The position numbers and the translations under genes are program-made. A stretch of 64,000 bases of DNA, taken from Octopus vulgaris. Lineage: Eukaryota. The notes under the pieces are model-generated. The model was not told the DNA's origin. It did no database searches and saw only the letters and a program-made list of their open reading frames with translations. Below, piece after piece: positions 14,149-27,390 of the stretch. Numbering within the stretch: position 1 is the first letter of the stretch; each line of letters opens with the position of its first letter. The stretch covers positions 141,236,001-141,300,000 of the forward strand of contig OX597814.1 in assembly GCA_951406725.2 (NCBI GenBank). The letters run 5' to 3'.

Positions 14149-15197
14149 TATACTGTATTTAATCGTTTTGAGTATTGTGCATTCATTTTGGATATGTTAT
14201 ATTCTCGTCATTAACGCGTCACTCGTATGTGTGTGTATTTGTGTGTGTGTACGTGCGAGTGTATTAATATGTATGTGTGTACGTGCGTGTGTATTTGTGT
14301 GTGTATGTCTGACAGTTACGTCTAATCAAGTCAATGTGAAGGTCCCACCTTAATGGTTAGAGGCTTAATGACGTGGATCAAGATCGTAAAGTATTGGGTT
14401 CGATGCTCGGCAGTCAATTGTGTCCTCGAGCAAGACACATTACTTCATATTGCCTCAGTCCACTCAGCCGGCAAAAATGAAATGGACCTGTACTTTAAAG
14501 GACCAGCCTTGTCACATTCTGTGTCACACTGAATCTCCCTCAGAACTACGTTAAGGATACGCGTGTCCGTGGAGCGCTAAGCCACTTGCACGTTAATTAC
14601 ATTAGCAGGCTGTTCTGTCGATCGGATCAATTGGAATTCTCGTCGTCGTAACCGACGGGGTGGAAATCAAGTTAAAACAAAACGGGCGTTGTATGTGTTC
14701 ATCGAATTAAAGATTAAAGATGGATCAATAAGTATTAGAATCGATATGGCTGATTAAACATTCATTGGCTGCAGTTCAGTGATAAGAACCAATAAAAGAG
14801 GAGGCACAAGGTGACAAATTTTGAGGGAGAAGTTTAATCGATTAAGCAGTCACCATTGTTTACCTGCTTATTTATTTATCGATTACAACAGGTTAAAAGG
14901 CGAATATGACTTCGATGAGAATTGAACTAAAAAGTTAATTGTCTGTTAATGAATTCCACAAGACATTAATTTCGACGTCCTAATGATTTTACTCGCTTCA
15001 TTTAAAAGACAGAATTAAGTACGAGGCAAATATAGAGCTGATACATGGCGACATGGCATACTAAAATTACAAGCCAAATTGCCGTCAAATCATAACCTAC
15101 TGTTTTAGAAAGGATACACCCTGGAGGCTGAACTGCAAGCGGCTCTGAATAAGGCAAACATAGAAGAGCAGGGTTGATACATATTGATCTTTGGTTT

Positions 15198-15464
15198 GGC
15201 ATTCTTTCGATATGACTCGACAAAATCTAAACATTTCACTTCGGGTATTTCCGTGGGTTGTGGAGTATAGATATAAGGAAATTATGCCAGCAATGTCTCA
15301 TTTAAAAAAAAAAAAGTCTTGCATATTTGTTCTTACCTGTTTCATGTGTATATGTAAAATCTGCAAATTTCCAAGCAGAAAACAGAATCGAACTGTCATT
15401 TGCTTCCATGGAAATACCCGAAGTGAAATGTTTTGATTTTGTCGAGTTATATCGAAAGAATGCC
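15198..15464. mobile_element. MITE-like element with 59-bp inverted repeats
   Basis: 15198-15256 is the near-perfect reverse complement of 15406-15464. Confidence 0.7.
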
Positions 15465-15671
15465 TTTGGTTTCTTTGAAGGGAGCTAATTAGGGACCAAA
15501 CATAGCAACAACTATAATGATTTTGTTGGTAAGAGTAATTTTTCAGATTCTTGGCTGCTACTTTCAGCAAGACCAGTGGTCATGTAAATTTTCCTATATC
15601 GCTTCCTTATAATTGTCAATAGTGAAGATTGTATTGCTGACATCATAATAATTTAACCGTACAGCCGGCAG

Positions 15672-15745
15672 GGCTCCATAGCTCAGTTGGTTAGAGCGCC
15701 AGTCTAGTAAACTGGAGGTCGAGTGTTCGAATCTCTCTGGAGCCT
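15672..15745 (+). tRNA. tRNA-Thr(AGT)
   Basis: Cloverleaf GGCTCCA/TGGAGCC, D-stem GCTC/GAGC, anticodon stem CCAGT/ACTGG with loop CT-AGT-AA, T-loop TTCGAAT. U52:U62 mismatch. Long T-run downstream. Confidence 0.9.
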
Positions 15746-16423
15746 ACATAAAATAATTTTTTTTTTTTCCTAAAAATTGATTGGTACTGATATTCATTTC
15801 TGAAATGCACACAAGTCCCACCGGTTGTTTTGATAAATCCGGTAGAATGAAAACACAAGCAATTTGATGCTGCTGTTGAAAGAGATAATTGGCTACAATT
15901 TCTAGCAAATCCAGTGGTCATGTAAAGCTTCGTTCGTCATTTCGTTCCCTTTGTTAATGTTGAACTATATTGTAATATCCAATACGTTCTGAGTTCAAAT
16001 TCTGCCGAGGTTGACTTTGACTTTCATCTTTTCGGGGTCGATAAATTAAGTACCAGTTGCGTAGTGGAGTAGATCTAATCGACTGGTTCCCCGCCTCCCA
16101 AAATTTCGGGCCTTGTGCCTTGAGTAGAAAAAATATCCAATACAACACACCATAAAGAAGACGACATTATATCTTATGTTAAACTAGGAGTTAGTTACAC
16201 GGCTGTCTCTACGGTAATTTTTACAGTAAATGAGAAAACGTTATAGTAAGAATGTTCTGTTAAACTGATGTTAATAAAAATACTTGTGTATAAATAGAGT
16301 CAACAGCGTATCATCAGGCAACAATGAACATCATTATAATTTATAACTACAGATTGTTATTGTTCGTTACACACAGATGTTACGATTGTTACATCATAAC
16401 AATTCAAAGATGTTGACTTGTGT

Positions 16424-16497
16424 GGCTCCGTGGCTCAATTTGATAGAGCGCCAGTTTAATAGACTGTAGGTCATGGTCTCAAATCTCTCTGGATCCT
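16424..16497 (+). pseudogene. Decayed tRNA-Thr copy (loop reads AAT)
   Basis: Colinear with intact copies; T-arm and B-box destroyed. Confidence 0.75.
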
Positions 16498-17049
16498 TGT
16501 ATATTTTTCCTAAACATTCCTTTATTTTTTTGCTTCTTCTTTGCTGAAGATACAATGGTAGAAATGTTGGTTTCGAATTTAGGCACAAGACCAGTAATTT
16601 CGAAGGAAGGGTAAGTCGATTACATCGCTCTCAGTGTTCATCCGAATGGATGAAAGGTAAAGTCAAGCTCGGCGGAATTTGAACTCCGAGTATGAAAATG
16701 GACGAAATGCCGCGAAGTACTTCGCCCGGCGTGCTAACGAATCTGCCAGCTCACCGCCTTTGCAGATGTTAGTATTGACGATTGTACTCTAATGCCCAAT
16801 ACAACTTACCATACAAGGACCCGTTATATCTTATGTTGGACCGAGAGTTGTTACACTGATATGTCTGTTTTCTCTAATCTCCACTGTAGATAAGCACATA
16901 TTTTAGTGTGTTTGCTAAATTAATATCAATAAAGATACTGGACTAAATTTAGCAATGACCTACGATAACAATGAACGTCATTATAATTAGTTTCAGGATA
17001 GGTTTACGTTACAATTATCGACGTCATTATAATTTAAACGTACAATGCG

Positions 17050-17119
17050 GCGTGACTCAGTTGGTTAGTGCAACAGTCTAGTAAACTAGAAGTCGAGTTT
17101 TCGAATCTCTCTGTAGCCT
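17050..17119 (+). pseudogene. Decayed tRNA-Thr copy
   Basis: CTCAGTTGGTTAG...CAGTCTAGTAAACT...TTCGAATCTCTCTGTAGCCT; 5' acceptor strand lost. Confidence 0.75.
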
Positions 17120-18087
17120 ACATAATGTGAACAATTGTTTTTTTTTTCTCAAGCTAGATTGAAACCGATATTAATTTCTGAAATGTAAACAAGGCAACAA
17201 AATCTTACAGTTGAAAATAACCGATCATTTCGACCATATCATTTCACTGATTCTTTTAGTAAATTAGGAGTGAGGAAAACAATAAAAATTTTGATCTTGT
17301 TGAATGAGACATTATTCATATACTTGACTGCTATTTCCAGTAGATCCAGTGGTTACATAAAAATTCTGTTGTCAGTGTTGAAGATTGTATCGTATGTAAT
17401 GTCCAATATGATAACTCACAATAACGAAGACATTATATCTTATATTAAACCAAGAGTTATGCTGATATCTCTCTTTCTTGTAAACTTTACGGTAAATAAA
17501 AAGAAAGAGAAGCCCTAGTAAGCGTGTTCGTTAAACTAATATCATAAGTAAGAATACAAGTTTAAAAATAGAAGAGTTAATAATATATAACAAGGCACCA
17601 CCAAACAACAATGAACATCATTATACTTTGTATCTATAGATTCTATGTCATTGTTCATTATGTACAGACGTTATCATTGTCAACGTCACAATAATTTAAA
17701 AGTGGCAAGCTGCATAGCCAGTTCTATAAATCAGCGATCGTTTGTTCGAGTCTCTCTCAGGCCTCGTCCCCCCCCCCAAAGCATTCTTAATATTTCTTCG
17801 ATATAGCTTCATTGGTACAAATATTGCTTAAAAGTGCACACAAACTTATAAACTTTTTTCGGTTGTATATCATCTATTATATGGATCTTAGTATTTTCGG
17901 CGTTTCATTTTAGTAAAACTGGAGCGGTGAAAAACCAATATAGATTTGAGCTGTATATGAACCCAGAACTTGAAGACCTTGATCTAACGATCTGACGAAA
18001 CCGGGGACTTGATAAGTTGATCAGTTAATTGAATTCCTACATAACTGATATTATTGAAAATTTTTATGTAATAATTGAAGACATAAT

Positions 18088-18484
18088 AATCCTTTCTACA
18101 AGTACAAAACCTGAAACAGTGGAAGAGGGAGCTAGTAGATTACATCGACCCCATTACTTGACTAGTACTTATTTCAGTTTCCCGAAAGGATGAAAGGCAA
18201 AGTTGATCTCGGTGGAATTTGAACTCAGAACGTAAACAAGGACGAAATACCTATTTCTTTATTGCTCACAAGGGGCTAAACATAGAGGGGACAAACAAGG
18301 ACAGACAAACGGATTCGGTCGATTATATCGACCCCAGTGCGTAACTGGTACTTAATTTATCAACCCCGAAACGATGAAAGGCAAAGTCGACCTCGGCGGA
18401 ATTTGAACTCAGAACGTAACGGCAGACGAAATACGGCTACGCATTTCGCCCGGCGTGCTAACGTTTCTGCCAGCTCGCCACCTT
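18088..18484 (-). mobile_element. Nin-domain SINE dimer ~45 bp upstream of a tRNA
   Basis: Flanked by the direct repeat AATT(G/A)AAGACATAATAAT; 5' end faces the tRNA at 18529. Confidence 0.8.
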
Positions 18485-18528
18485 AATTAAAGACATAATA
18501 ATAATATTATGAGCTGCATGTAATAACA

Positions 18529-18602
18529 GGCTCCATAGCTCAGTTGGTTAGAGCGCCAGTCTAGTAAACTGGAGGTCGAGTGTTCGAGTCCCTCTGGAGC
18601 CT
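18529..18602 (+). tRNA. tRNA-Thr(AGT)
   Basis: Full cloverleaf, A7-U66 pair, T-loop TTCGAGT, U52:C62 mismatch. Confidence 0.9.
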
Positions 18603-18659
18603 AGCCCCGGTCGAAATTTTACCTTTTGGTCTGCAAAGGAGACTATATTGGTGCTAATA

Positions 18660-19281
18660 TTTATTTCTTTATTGCCCACAAGGGGCTAAACATAGAGGGG
18701 ACAGACAAAGGGAGTAAGTCGATTACATCGGCCCCAGTGCATAGCTGGTACTTATTTAATCGACCCCGAAAGGATGAAAGGCAAAGTCGACCTCGGTGGA
18801 ATTTGAACTCAGAACGCAACAGCAGACGAAATACCTATTTCTTTACTGCCCACATGGGGCTACACACAGAGCGGAGAATCACGGACAGACAAATGGATTG
18901 AGTTGATTATATCGACCCCAGTGCGTAACTGGTACTTATTTAATCGACCCCGAAAGGATGAAAAGCTAAGTCGACCTCGGCGGAATTTGAACTCAGAACG
19001 TAGCGGCAGACGAAATACCTATTTCTTTAGGCTAAACACAGAGGAGACCCACAAGAGGCTAAACACAGAGGAGACAAACAAGGACAGACGAAATACCTAT
19101 TTCTTTAGGTATTAAATCGATTACATCGACCCCAGTGCGTAACTGGTACTTAATTTATCGACCCCGAAAGGATGAAAGGCAAAGTCGACCTCGGCGGAAT
19201 TCGAACTCACAACGTAACGCAGACGAAATACCACTAAGCATTTCGTCCGGTGTGCTAACGATTCTGCTAGCTCGTCGCCTT
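18660..19281 (-). mobile_element. Multimeric Nin-domain SINE array
   Basis: Three tandem bodies joined at CGAAATACCTATTTCTTT; head at 19281. Confidence 0.85.
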
Positions 19282-19325
19282 AATTAAAGACATAGTGATA
19301 ATATTATGAGCATTATGTAAGAACT

Positions 19326-19399
19326 GGCTCCGTAGCTCAGTTGGTCAGAGCGCCAGTCTAGTAAACTGGAGGTCGAGTGTTCGAGTCCCTCTGGAGCCT
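19326..19399 (+). tRNA. tRNA-Thr(AGT)
   Basis: Full cloverleaf, G7:U66 wobble, U52:C62 mismatch. Confidence 0.88.
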
Positions 19400-20744
19400 A
19401 GTATTCTGTTCGTAATTTTACTTTTGCTCCGCAAAGGAGATTATGTTAGTGCTAATATTGATTCCTGAAATGCATACAAAACCACAAACGTTTGAGGTTG
19501 GTGCATTGACAGCTTCTCACGTCAGTTGTTGTAATGGAAGCCTACGCATGACGAAACGTTTCACTTTCCGTACAGGGATCAAGTGGAAAAAAAAATACTT
19601 GACAACTTGGAAGAATTCTCCTTCTTCTATGGATGATTGCCGTAACTGAGATCACTTGTTTGGAGCGACAAAAAAAAAAAATAATAACAAAAAAAAAACA
19701 GAAGGTTCTCACGCTGACTCTTGTATCTTATAACTCTATTTTACTAAAACAAAGGAAAAGAATAGGTACCGAGAGCCACACTTTAGGATAGAAGAGTAAT
19801 TGATTAAGTGGAACATATCTGAGGCCCGGTAGATAAGAGGAAAACTTGAACTCTACAGAAATTGACCTCACTGTGTAAACTGCCTTAACTAAATGCCAGA
19901 AAACATTATTTTTGACATTCTACTGATTGTTCAATCCATGTCTAAGGATCCATGACAACTATCGACTTTCTGCACGGTCGCTTGACGTGCTAGAAATATC
20001 ATCCTGATCTTTTTAAACCATAACTTACTGTTTTAGAAAGATGATACACATTGACAGTTGTATCACGAGAATAACGGGGTAAACTAAATATAGGATGATT
20101 AGTTTTGGAATGTCATCTTTCATGTGTGTGTTTGAACAGGGATAATTATGGGTTAAACAGCAGCAACAGCTATATTGCTTGTGATTTTATAAGAGAAATT
20201 AGTCAGATACTTGGCTGCTATTTCAAGCAAATCCATTGGTCATGCAAAGCTTCTATGTCGTTTCATTGCCGTTGTTAATATTGTACTAAGGCCATTTCGC
20301 CTAGGTCGGCTGCTTCCACTGAGGACTAGTAATTCTCCGAGGTCAACTTTACCTTTCATGGTTGATAAAATAATAGCATTTGATAACCGAGGTTGATGTA
20401 GTAGACTAACTCCTTCACGCTACTGTTGGCCTTGCACCAAAATTTGAAACCTTCAAAATTTGAAGATTGTATTGCGATGTCCAATACAACTTACCGCAGA
20501 TAACTCATTGTATCTTATGTTGGTTCGGAAGTTGTTGTACGGATATTTCTTACGTAATCTCCACTTAAGCCGACGTTATAGTGATATTGTTTGCTGAGTA
20601 AATATTGAAAATGATACTAGAATAAATGTAACAACCTATCACCATAGCAACAATGAACGGCATTATAATTGGACACAACAGTTTCAGTATAGTTTAACCT
20701 TATAATTATCGACGTCACAATAATTTAAACATACAAGCTGACGT

Positions 20745-20818
20745 GTTTTCATAGGTAGGTTGGTCAGCCTGTTAATCAAATAAACTGATGATCGGGTATT
20801 CGAATCCTGCTGGAGCCT
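20745..20818 (+). pseudogene. Highly decayed tRNA-Thr copy
   Basis: GTTGGTCAG...TTCGAATCCTGCTGGAGCCT following the conserved upstream flank. Similar relics at ~17703, 21420, 23337, 24655, 26330, 28221, 31855, 32703, 40278, 47234 and 58153. Confidence 0.6.
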
Positions 20819-22076
20819 CCGTGTTATGGTCCCACTCCCGCCTTTTTTTTCACAAGCTAGATTTGGCACTGATATTGGTTTCTAAAATGCACAAAAGTCC
20901 ACAAAGGTTAACACTGATGTATAATCGATTATACCGACCCCAGTATTTCACTGGGTCTTTCAGTAAATCTGCTGGGAAGAGAGCGGTAACAGTTATGATA
21001 TCCTTGTTGAAAGAGTAATTTTTCGTATACTTTGCTGCTATTTCAAACGAATCCAGTGGTCACATAAAGCCCCGCTCGTCATTTCGTTACCATTAATAAT
21101 TAACAATGTACTGCAATATCCAAACGATAACTTAGCATAAAGACGACTACATTATATCTTATATTAAAGTTACACTGGTCTCTCTCTCTCTCTCCTGATT
21201 TCTTCGCAAACATAAAGATGTTCTAGTAATAATGATTTGTTACATAAATGTCAATAAGGATAGTTGTGTAAAAATAGAGGAGTAAACAATGTAACGTGGT
21301 ATCACAAAGCAACAATGAACATTATTATAATTGCTAACTACAGTTTCTATGGAATTATTCATTATACACAGATGTTACCATTGTTGACGTCACAATACTT
21401 CAAAGAGGTCGATGTGAGTGGCTTTAAAGTTAAGGTTAGACCGTCAATTTATAAAAGAGGATCTCAAGTGTTTGAGTCCCTCTAGTAGCTTATTTTTCTG
21501 GAACATTAGTTATTTCTTCTTTGTCTGAGATAGAATGATACGAATATTGATTTTAAAAATGTACACAAAGTTGCATACAAACTTCTTTAGGTGTCTATGA
21601 TGGATTATTTCGACTTTAGTATTGTCGGCATTTTTAGCTTTTAGTGAAACCTGAAGGATGGAAACCAGAACAGACCTGAGCGGATAATGAACTCAGAATT
21701 GTATGTAAACACCTTGAAGACTTTGTTGTAACGATTTGACGAAACCACAAACTTTAAGTTGGTGAGATAATTGAGTTCTTAAGTAATGATGCTATTGAAA
21801 TTTTTACGCAATAATTGAAGACATAGTAATCCTTTCTACTATTGGCACAAGGCCTAAAATTGTGGCGACGGGGCTAGTTGATTACATCGACTCCAGTACA
21901 CGACTGGTACATGACTGAAAGCATGAAGGCAAAGTCGACCTCAGCAGAATTTGAACTCGGACCGTGAGGACTGACAAAATGCCGCTAAGCATTTCGCTAG
22001 GCGCGTTAACGATTTTGCCAGCTCGTCACCTTAATTGAAGACATAAAAGTAATAATTTAATCAGGACGTGTAGACT

Positions 22077-22140
22077 GGCCCCATAGCACAGTTGGTTAGA
22101 GCATCAGTCTTGTAAGCTGGAGGCCGAGTGTTCGAGTCCA
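22077..22140 (+). pseudogene. 3'-truncated tRNA-Thr copy with TGT anticodon
   Basis: GGCCCCATAGCACAGTTGGTTAGAGCATCAGT-CTTGTAA-GCTGGAGGCCGAGTGTTCGAGTCC; no 3' acceptor strand. Confidence 0.75.
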
Positions 22141-22533
22141 TGCTGTTTAATTATTCTCTTTTTGGCATATGATATTGGTTCCTGAGATGCATACATAGCC
22201 ACAAACGTTTGAGGTTGGTGTATTGGAATTACCCCTGCTGCCCAAAATTTTTGGCCATGTTCCAAAATTTGAAACTAATGTTGTATTAAGGGAACGAGCT
22301 GGCAGAGTCGTTACAAAATGCTCAGCATCATTTCACCTGACTTTGGATTCTCAGTTCAAATTCAACCGAATCGGCTCAGCCTATCATCCTTGCTGGATTG
22401 ATAAAAGAAGTTCCAGTTGAACACTGGGGTCGATGTAATCGTCTTAATTCTTCCTGCAATTTCTGGCCTTGTGCCAAAATTTGAAACCAACATGGACGAT
22501 TGCATTTGAATGTCCAGTACAACTTACCGTATA

Positions 22534-23188
22534 GATCCCTGTACGGAAAGTGAAACGTTTCGTCATGCGTAGGCTTCCATTACAACAACTGACGTGAGAA
22601 GCTGTCAATGCACCAACCTCAAACGTTTGTGGTTTTGTATGCATTTCAGGAATCAATATTAGCACTAACATAATCTCCTTTGCGGAGCAAAAGTAAAATT
22701 ACGAACAGAATACTAGGCTCCGGAGGGACTCGAACACTCGACCTCCAGTTTACTAGACTGGCGCTCTGACCAACTGAGCTACGGAGCCAGTTCTTACATA
22801 ATGCTCATAATATTATCACTATGTCTTTAATTAAGGCGACGAGCTAGCAGAATCGTTAGCACACCGGGCGAAATGCTTAGTGGTATTTCGTCTGCGTTAC
22901 GTTGTGAGTTCGAATTCCGCCGAGGTCGACTTTGCCTTTCATCCTTTCGGGGTCGATAAATTAAGTACCAGTTACGCACTGGGGTCGATGTAATCGATTT
23001 AATACCTATGTCTGTCCTTGTTTGTCTCCTCTGTGTTTAGCCTCTTGTGGGTAATAAAGAAATAGGTATTTCGTCTGCCGCTACGTTCTGAGTTCAAATT
23101 CCGCCGAGGTCGACTTAGCTTTTCATCCTTTCGGGGTCGATTAAATAAGTACCAGTTACGCACTGGGGTCGATATAATCAACTGAATC
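22534..23188 (-). repeat. Inverted duplicate of ~18896-19580 (SINE array, tRNA and flank)
   Basis: Near-identical reverse complement; the same ORF text appears at 19443(+) and 22671(-). Confidence 0.92.
22715..22788 (-). tRNA. tRNA-Thr(AGT)
   Basis: Reverse-complement cloverleaf nearly identical to the 19326 copy but with G7-C66; U52:C62 mismatch. Confidence 0.9.
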
Positions 23189-23845
23189 GTATGTAGTCCG
23201 AAAGCTGTTGCACTGATGTATGTCTCTCCTGTAGTCTCCACATAAAAGAACAGAAATTTTAGTGGCAGTGCAGTTTCATTATAAGTTTACGTTATAATTG
23301 TAGACGTCATAATAGTTTAAACGCACAATCCCACGTGGTTACGTGCCACAGTTCGTTAGAGTTCCAGTCAAGTAAGTGAGAGGCCTACTCAATGTGGTTT
23401 CTATTTTCCTTTTCTCAAGATAGATTGATACAGATATTGATATCTAAAATGCACACAAAGACACAAAAACTTGCAGTGGAATTTAACTACGTTAGTATTT
23501 CATTGTTTCCTTTAGTAAATACGGTAGGACGTAAATCGTAACAATTTTGATCTTGTTGAAAGAGGAATTATTCAAAAATTTGGCTACTATTTCCAGCGAA
23601 ACCAGTGGTCTCATAAAGCTTCTTTCGTCGCTTTGTTGCTGTTGTCAATGGCGACCAAGGATCTTTACCTTTTGACCGACAGATTTAAAAAATAATTTTT
23701 TGTAACTAAATACTTTCAAACTTCGTACACTGGTAGAATGTGTCATATAAAACATCTTTTACTCCTAGCGTTTTTGAGAAAAGCTTATATTTAGGAAGTT
23801 ATTTCACGTTAAAGTTGTAGTATTTCGGTAATTTCAACCAATCAA

Positions 23846-24155
23846 TGACGTGTATTGAGCTGAATAAAATTACTGCAAGAACTTCCGGCGGCGTATATAT
23901 CGTTTGTCACTGTTATTTAAGACAACCCTAACCCTAACACTAAAACCCCAACCCTAACACTAAAATCGTAACCCTAGCACACTAACCCTAAAACCCTAAC
24001 CCTAACACCCAAACCTTAACCCTAAAACCTTAAAGCTAAAACCAGTACAAACGCACGAAAGATGTCATAAATAACAGTAACAAACGAAAGATACACCGCC
24101 GATAGTTGTTGTTGACAAGCAACGGCAGTAATTTTATTCAGCTCAATACACGTCA
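23846..24155. mobile_element. Foldback element with internal degenerate (CCCTAA)n
   Basis: TGACGTGTATTGAGCTGAATAAAATTACTGC and its reverse complement flank a telomere-like tract at ~23926-24030. Confidence 0.75.
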
Positions 24156-24937
24156 AATTCACACACCTATTGTAGCAGCCCTTCGGTTTTTCTAAGCTTT
24201 GTAAAAAAAACTTGGAAGTTTGGGCCTCCATTCAGGCCTTCCGCGAAACCCTTAAAGCCAGGAAGTTTTTGTATATATTAGAAACGTCGTAGAAAGAGCG
24301 TTTGTTAAATTAAAATTAGTAAAAAATAGAGGAGCAAATAATCCTTTCTACTAAAGGCACAATGCCTGAAACTTGGGCGGAGGGGACAAATAGATTACAT
24401 CGACCAGTGTTTCAATAGTACTTAATTTATTAACAACAAAAGTATGAAAGGTAAAGTCCGCGGTGGAAATTGAAATCAGAACGTAGCGACGGGCGAAATA
24501 CCTCGAAACATTTCGTCTCTGCTGACGATTCTGCCAGCTTGCCAAATAGCAAGGGCTGTGATTATAATTGCTAACTACATTTCTATGTAATTATTTTTTA
24601 TACACAGACATTAACATTGTTGACGTCACATTACTTTAAAGACGTAGGTGTGAGTGTCTCTAAAGTGAGTATCTCAGGTTAGACTCGCAATTTATAAAAC
24701 TGGAAGTCAAGTGTTCGAGTCCCTCTAGAAGCTTATTGTTGTTTTGGAATATTTCTTTTTTTTTTCTTTGTTTGAGATAGAATGATAGGAATATCGATTT
24801 CTAAAGTGTACACCAACTTACAGATTTCTTCGGATGTCTACAATGGATTATTTCCACTTTAGTAATGGTGTTATTGAAATGTCATTGCATAATAATTTAA
24901 CACATAATAATAATGATTTAAGCAATTTGTACGCACT

Positions 24938-25011
24938 GGCTCCGTAGCTCAGATGGTTAGAGCGCCAGTCTAGTAAACTGGAGGTCGAGTGTTCGAGTCC
25001 CTCCGGAGCCT
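24938..25011 (+). tRNA. tRNA-Thr(AGT)
   Basis: Full cloverleaf GGCTCCG/CGGAGCC; U52:C62; TTTT just downstream. Confidence 0.9.
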
Positions 25012-26837
25012 AGTATTTTCGCTGAAGATTTTCAATTTTTTTATCTGTAAGAGAGATGATATTGATACATGTATTGTTTCCTGAATGACTTAGAAAATCC
25101 ACGAACAAGCGTTTGTGGTTGATGTATGGACAGGTTCTCACGTCAGTTGTTGTTATGGAAACCTAGTCACGATGAAGCAGTTCACGTTACTTACGTCGGT
25201 CGACTTGAACTAGATACTGAAACAACTTAGCAAAATTCTTCTTCTTTCCTGGATGATCGCTTGTTTGCAGCGACCGAAGGAACATGTAGAAGGTTCTCTC
25301 ACTGACTCCTGTCTCTTGTGAATCGCTTTTACTAGAACAGAGTTGAAGAATACGTAACAAGTGCCACACTTTAGGAAAGAAATGTAAATGATTTTATAGA
25401 CACAATTACTTCGTTGGAAGATATTTATGAGGTCTTGAAGAATGAAAGGTAAACTTGAGCTCTGCAGGAATTGAATTCGATGTGTAAATGGCCTTAACTA
25501 AATGGTAAAAGGCATTAATTACAACATTCTCTTGATTGTTCATTCAATGTCCGAGTTTCTGTTCATTCGATGTCTAAGGATATAAAATAAGCCTATCGAG
25601 TTTCTACGTGGCTGCTTGAAGTACTAGAAATATCAGTCAAAACCATCTAAACCATAACTTATTGTTTTAGAACGGAGATAAACTAAATATAGGATGGTCT
25701 GTTTTGGAACGCCATAGGTGTGTTTGAACAAGGTTAGTTCGGGGTTAAACAACAGCTATATTGCTTGTGATGATAAAAGAGAACTTATTCAGATAGTTGG
25801 CTTTTATGTTAAGCAGATCCATTGGTCACACAAGCATCCTGTGTCGTTTCGTCACCGTTGGTAATATTGTATTAAGGTTGATTAATTTCGCCGAGGACGA
25901 GTAATTCGCCGAGGTCGACTTAACCTTTCATCCATTTGGGGCTGATAAAATAAGTAGCATTTGAGAACTGGGGTCGATGTAATCGACTAATTCCTATCCG
26001 CTATTTCTTGCCAAGTACCAAAATTTGAAATCCACATTGAAGATTGTATTGCGAAGTCCAATACAGTTCACCGCAGATAACTCACTGTATCTTATGTTGG
26101 TGCGGGAGTTGTTGCACAGATACGTGTCTCTCTTTTGTAATCTCCACTTAAATAAGCCGACGTTATAGTGATATTGTTTTCTGAACAAATATTAATAATG
26201 ATACTAGAATAAATGAAGCACCGTATCACCATAGCAACAATGGGCGACATTATAATTGGTTACCACAGTTTTAGTATAGGTTTACGTTACAATTATCGAC
26301 GTTACAATCATCTAGACATACAGCTCGACGTGTCATTATAGCTTAGTTGGAAGTCGGCGAGTTGGCAGAATCGTTAGCACGCCGGGCGTGCCTGTCATTA
26401 CGCTCTGAGTTCAAATTCCGCCGAGGTCGACTTTGCCTTTCATCCTTCGGGGTCGATAAATTAAGTACCAGTTACATATTGGAGTCGATCTAATCGAATG
26501 GCCCCATCCCCCAAAATTTAGGGCCTTGTGCCTAGAGTAGAAAAGATTATATCTTATATTAAACTAGAAGTTACACTGATCTCTCTCTCTCTCCCTCTCC
26601 CTCTCCTGTTTTCTTTACAGCAAATATAAAGACTTTATAGTAAGAGTGTTTTTGTTGAACTGATATGAAGAAGGATAGTTATGTAAAAATAGAGATAATA
26701 ATAATATGACGTAGTATCACCAAACAACAATGAACATCGTTATAAGTTCTAACTACAGTTTCTATGGAATTATTATACACAGGCATTGTCATTGTTGACC
26801 TCAAAATATTTTAATATCATTGTTGACCTCAAAATAA

Positions 26838-27390
26838 TTTAAAACTTCTGAAAGTTATCCAGTGTCTTTGGCACGAATATACATTTGAACAGACTGGCTA
26901 GCTGATTATCATCGAGACCTAGGGCTTCCCCCAAGGTATCGTCACATTTCGCCTCTACCACCCCTCTATAGAAGAATGTGGTAGAACTACTAACGCAGGC
27001 GTTGCCCGAGAGATGGAATATCCGGGGAGCCTTACGACACTCCGTAAACCATGTACCCAGCTTCGATCTACGATGGAACCAGGTTTCCCAGCGGAGACCA
27101 CACCCGTTCACCAATCAGATGGACCCACCGGATTTCCTGTGCATCATCAACCAAGGCATCCCTAGCCCACCCTCTAACGGTTGTTGGAAGCAAATAGAAC
27201 ATCTCACAAGCGGCTTCGAGCCCTTCCACAAGAAGCGGAAGAGCTGTCTTTCCAGCTTGCTCAACCACGAATCAGGGCAGGGAACGACGGTTAGGCGGTA
27301 GGTGATGACCGATGCGATGAACACATTGGCCCCCCTCCGCCCCTTTTCAGGGATATCCACCGCCAAGACCATGGCTATGTGGGCCACCCT
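26838..27390 (-). pseudogene. Tx1/L1-type LINE ORF2 fragment (C-terminal to the RT core)
   Basis: KGR..ANVFIASVITYRLTV.PCP...KLERQLFRFLWKGSKPLVR......P.EGGLGMP motif with frameshifts; GC-rich relative to the flanks. Confidence 0.75.

Noticed and set aside
15672-15745. Amber-suppressor reading (CTA within the anticodon loop)
   Set aside because: The 5-bp stem CCAGT/ACTGG fixes the loop as CT-AGT-AA, so the anticodon is AGT (Thr).
18626-19115. Recurrent peptide NWYLFNRPRKDERQSRPRRNLNSER in many ORFs
   Set aside because: Antisense translation of the Nin-domain SINE, not a gene family.
23926-24030. True telomere or chromosome-fusion site
   Set aside because: Short, degenerate, in one orientation only and enclosed by transposon-like inverted arms.
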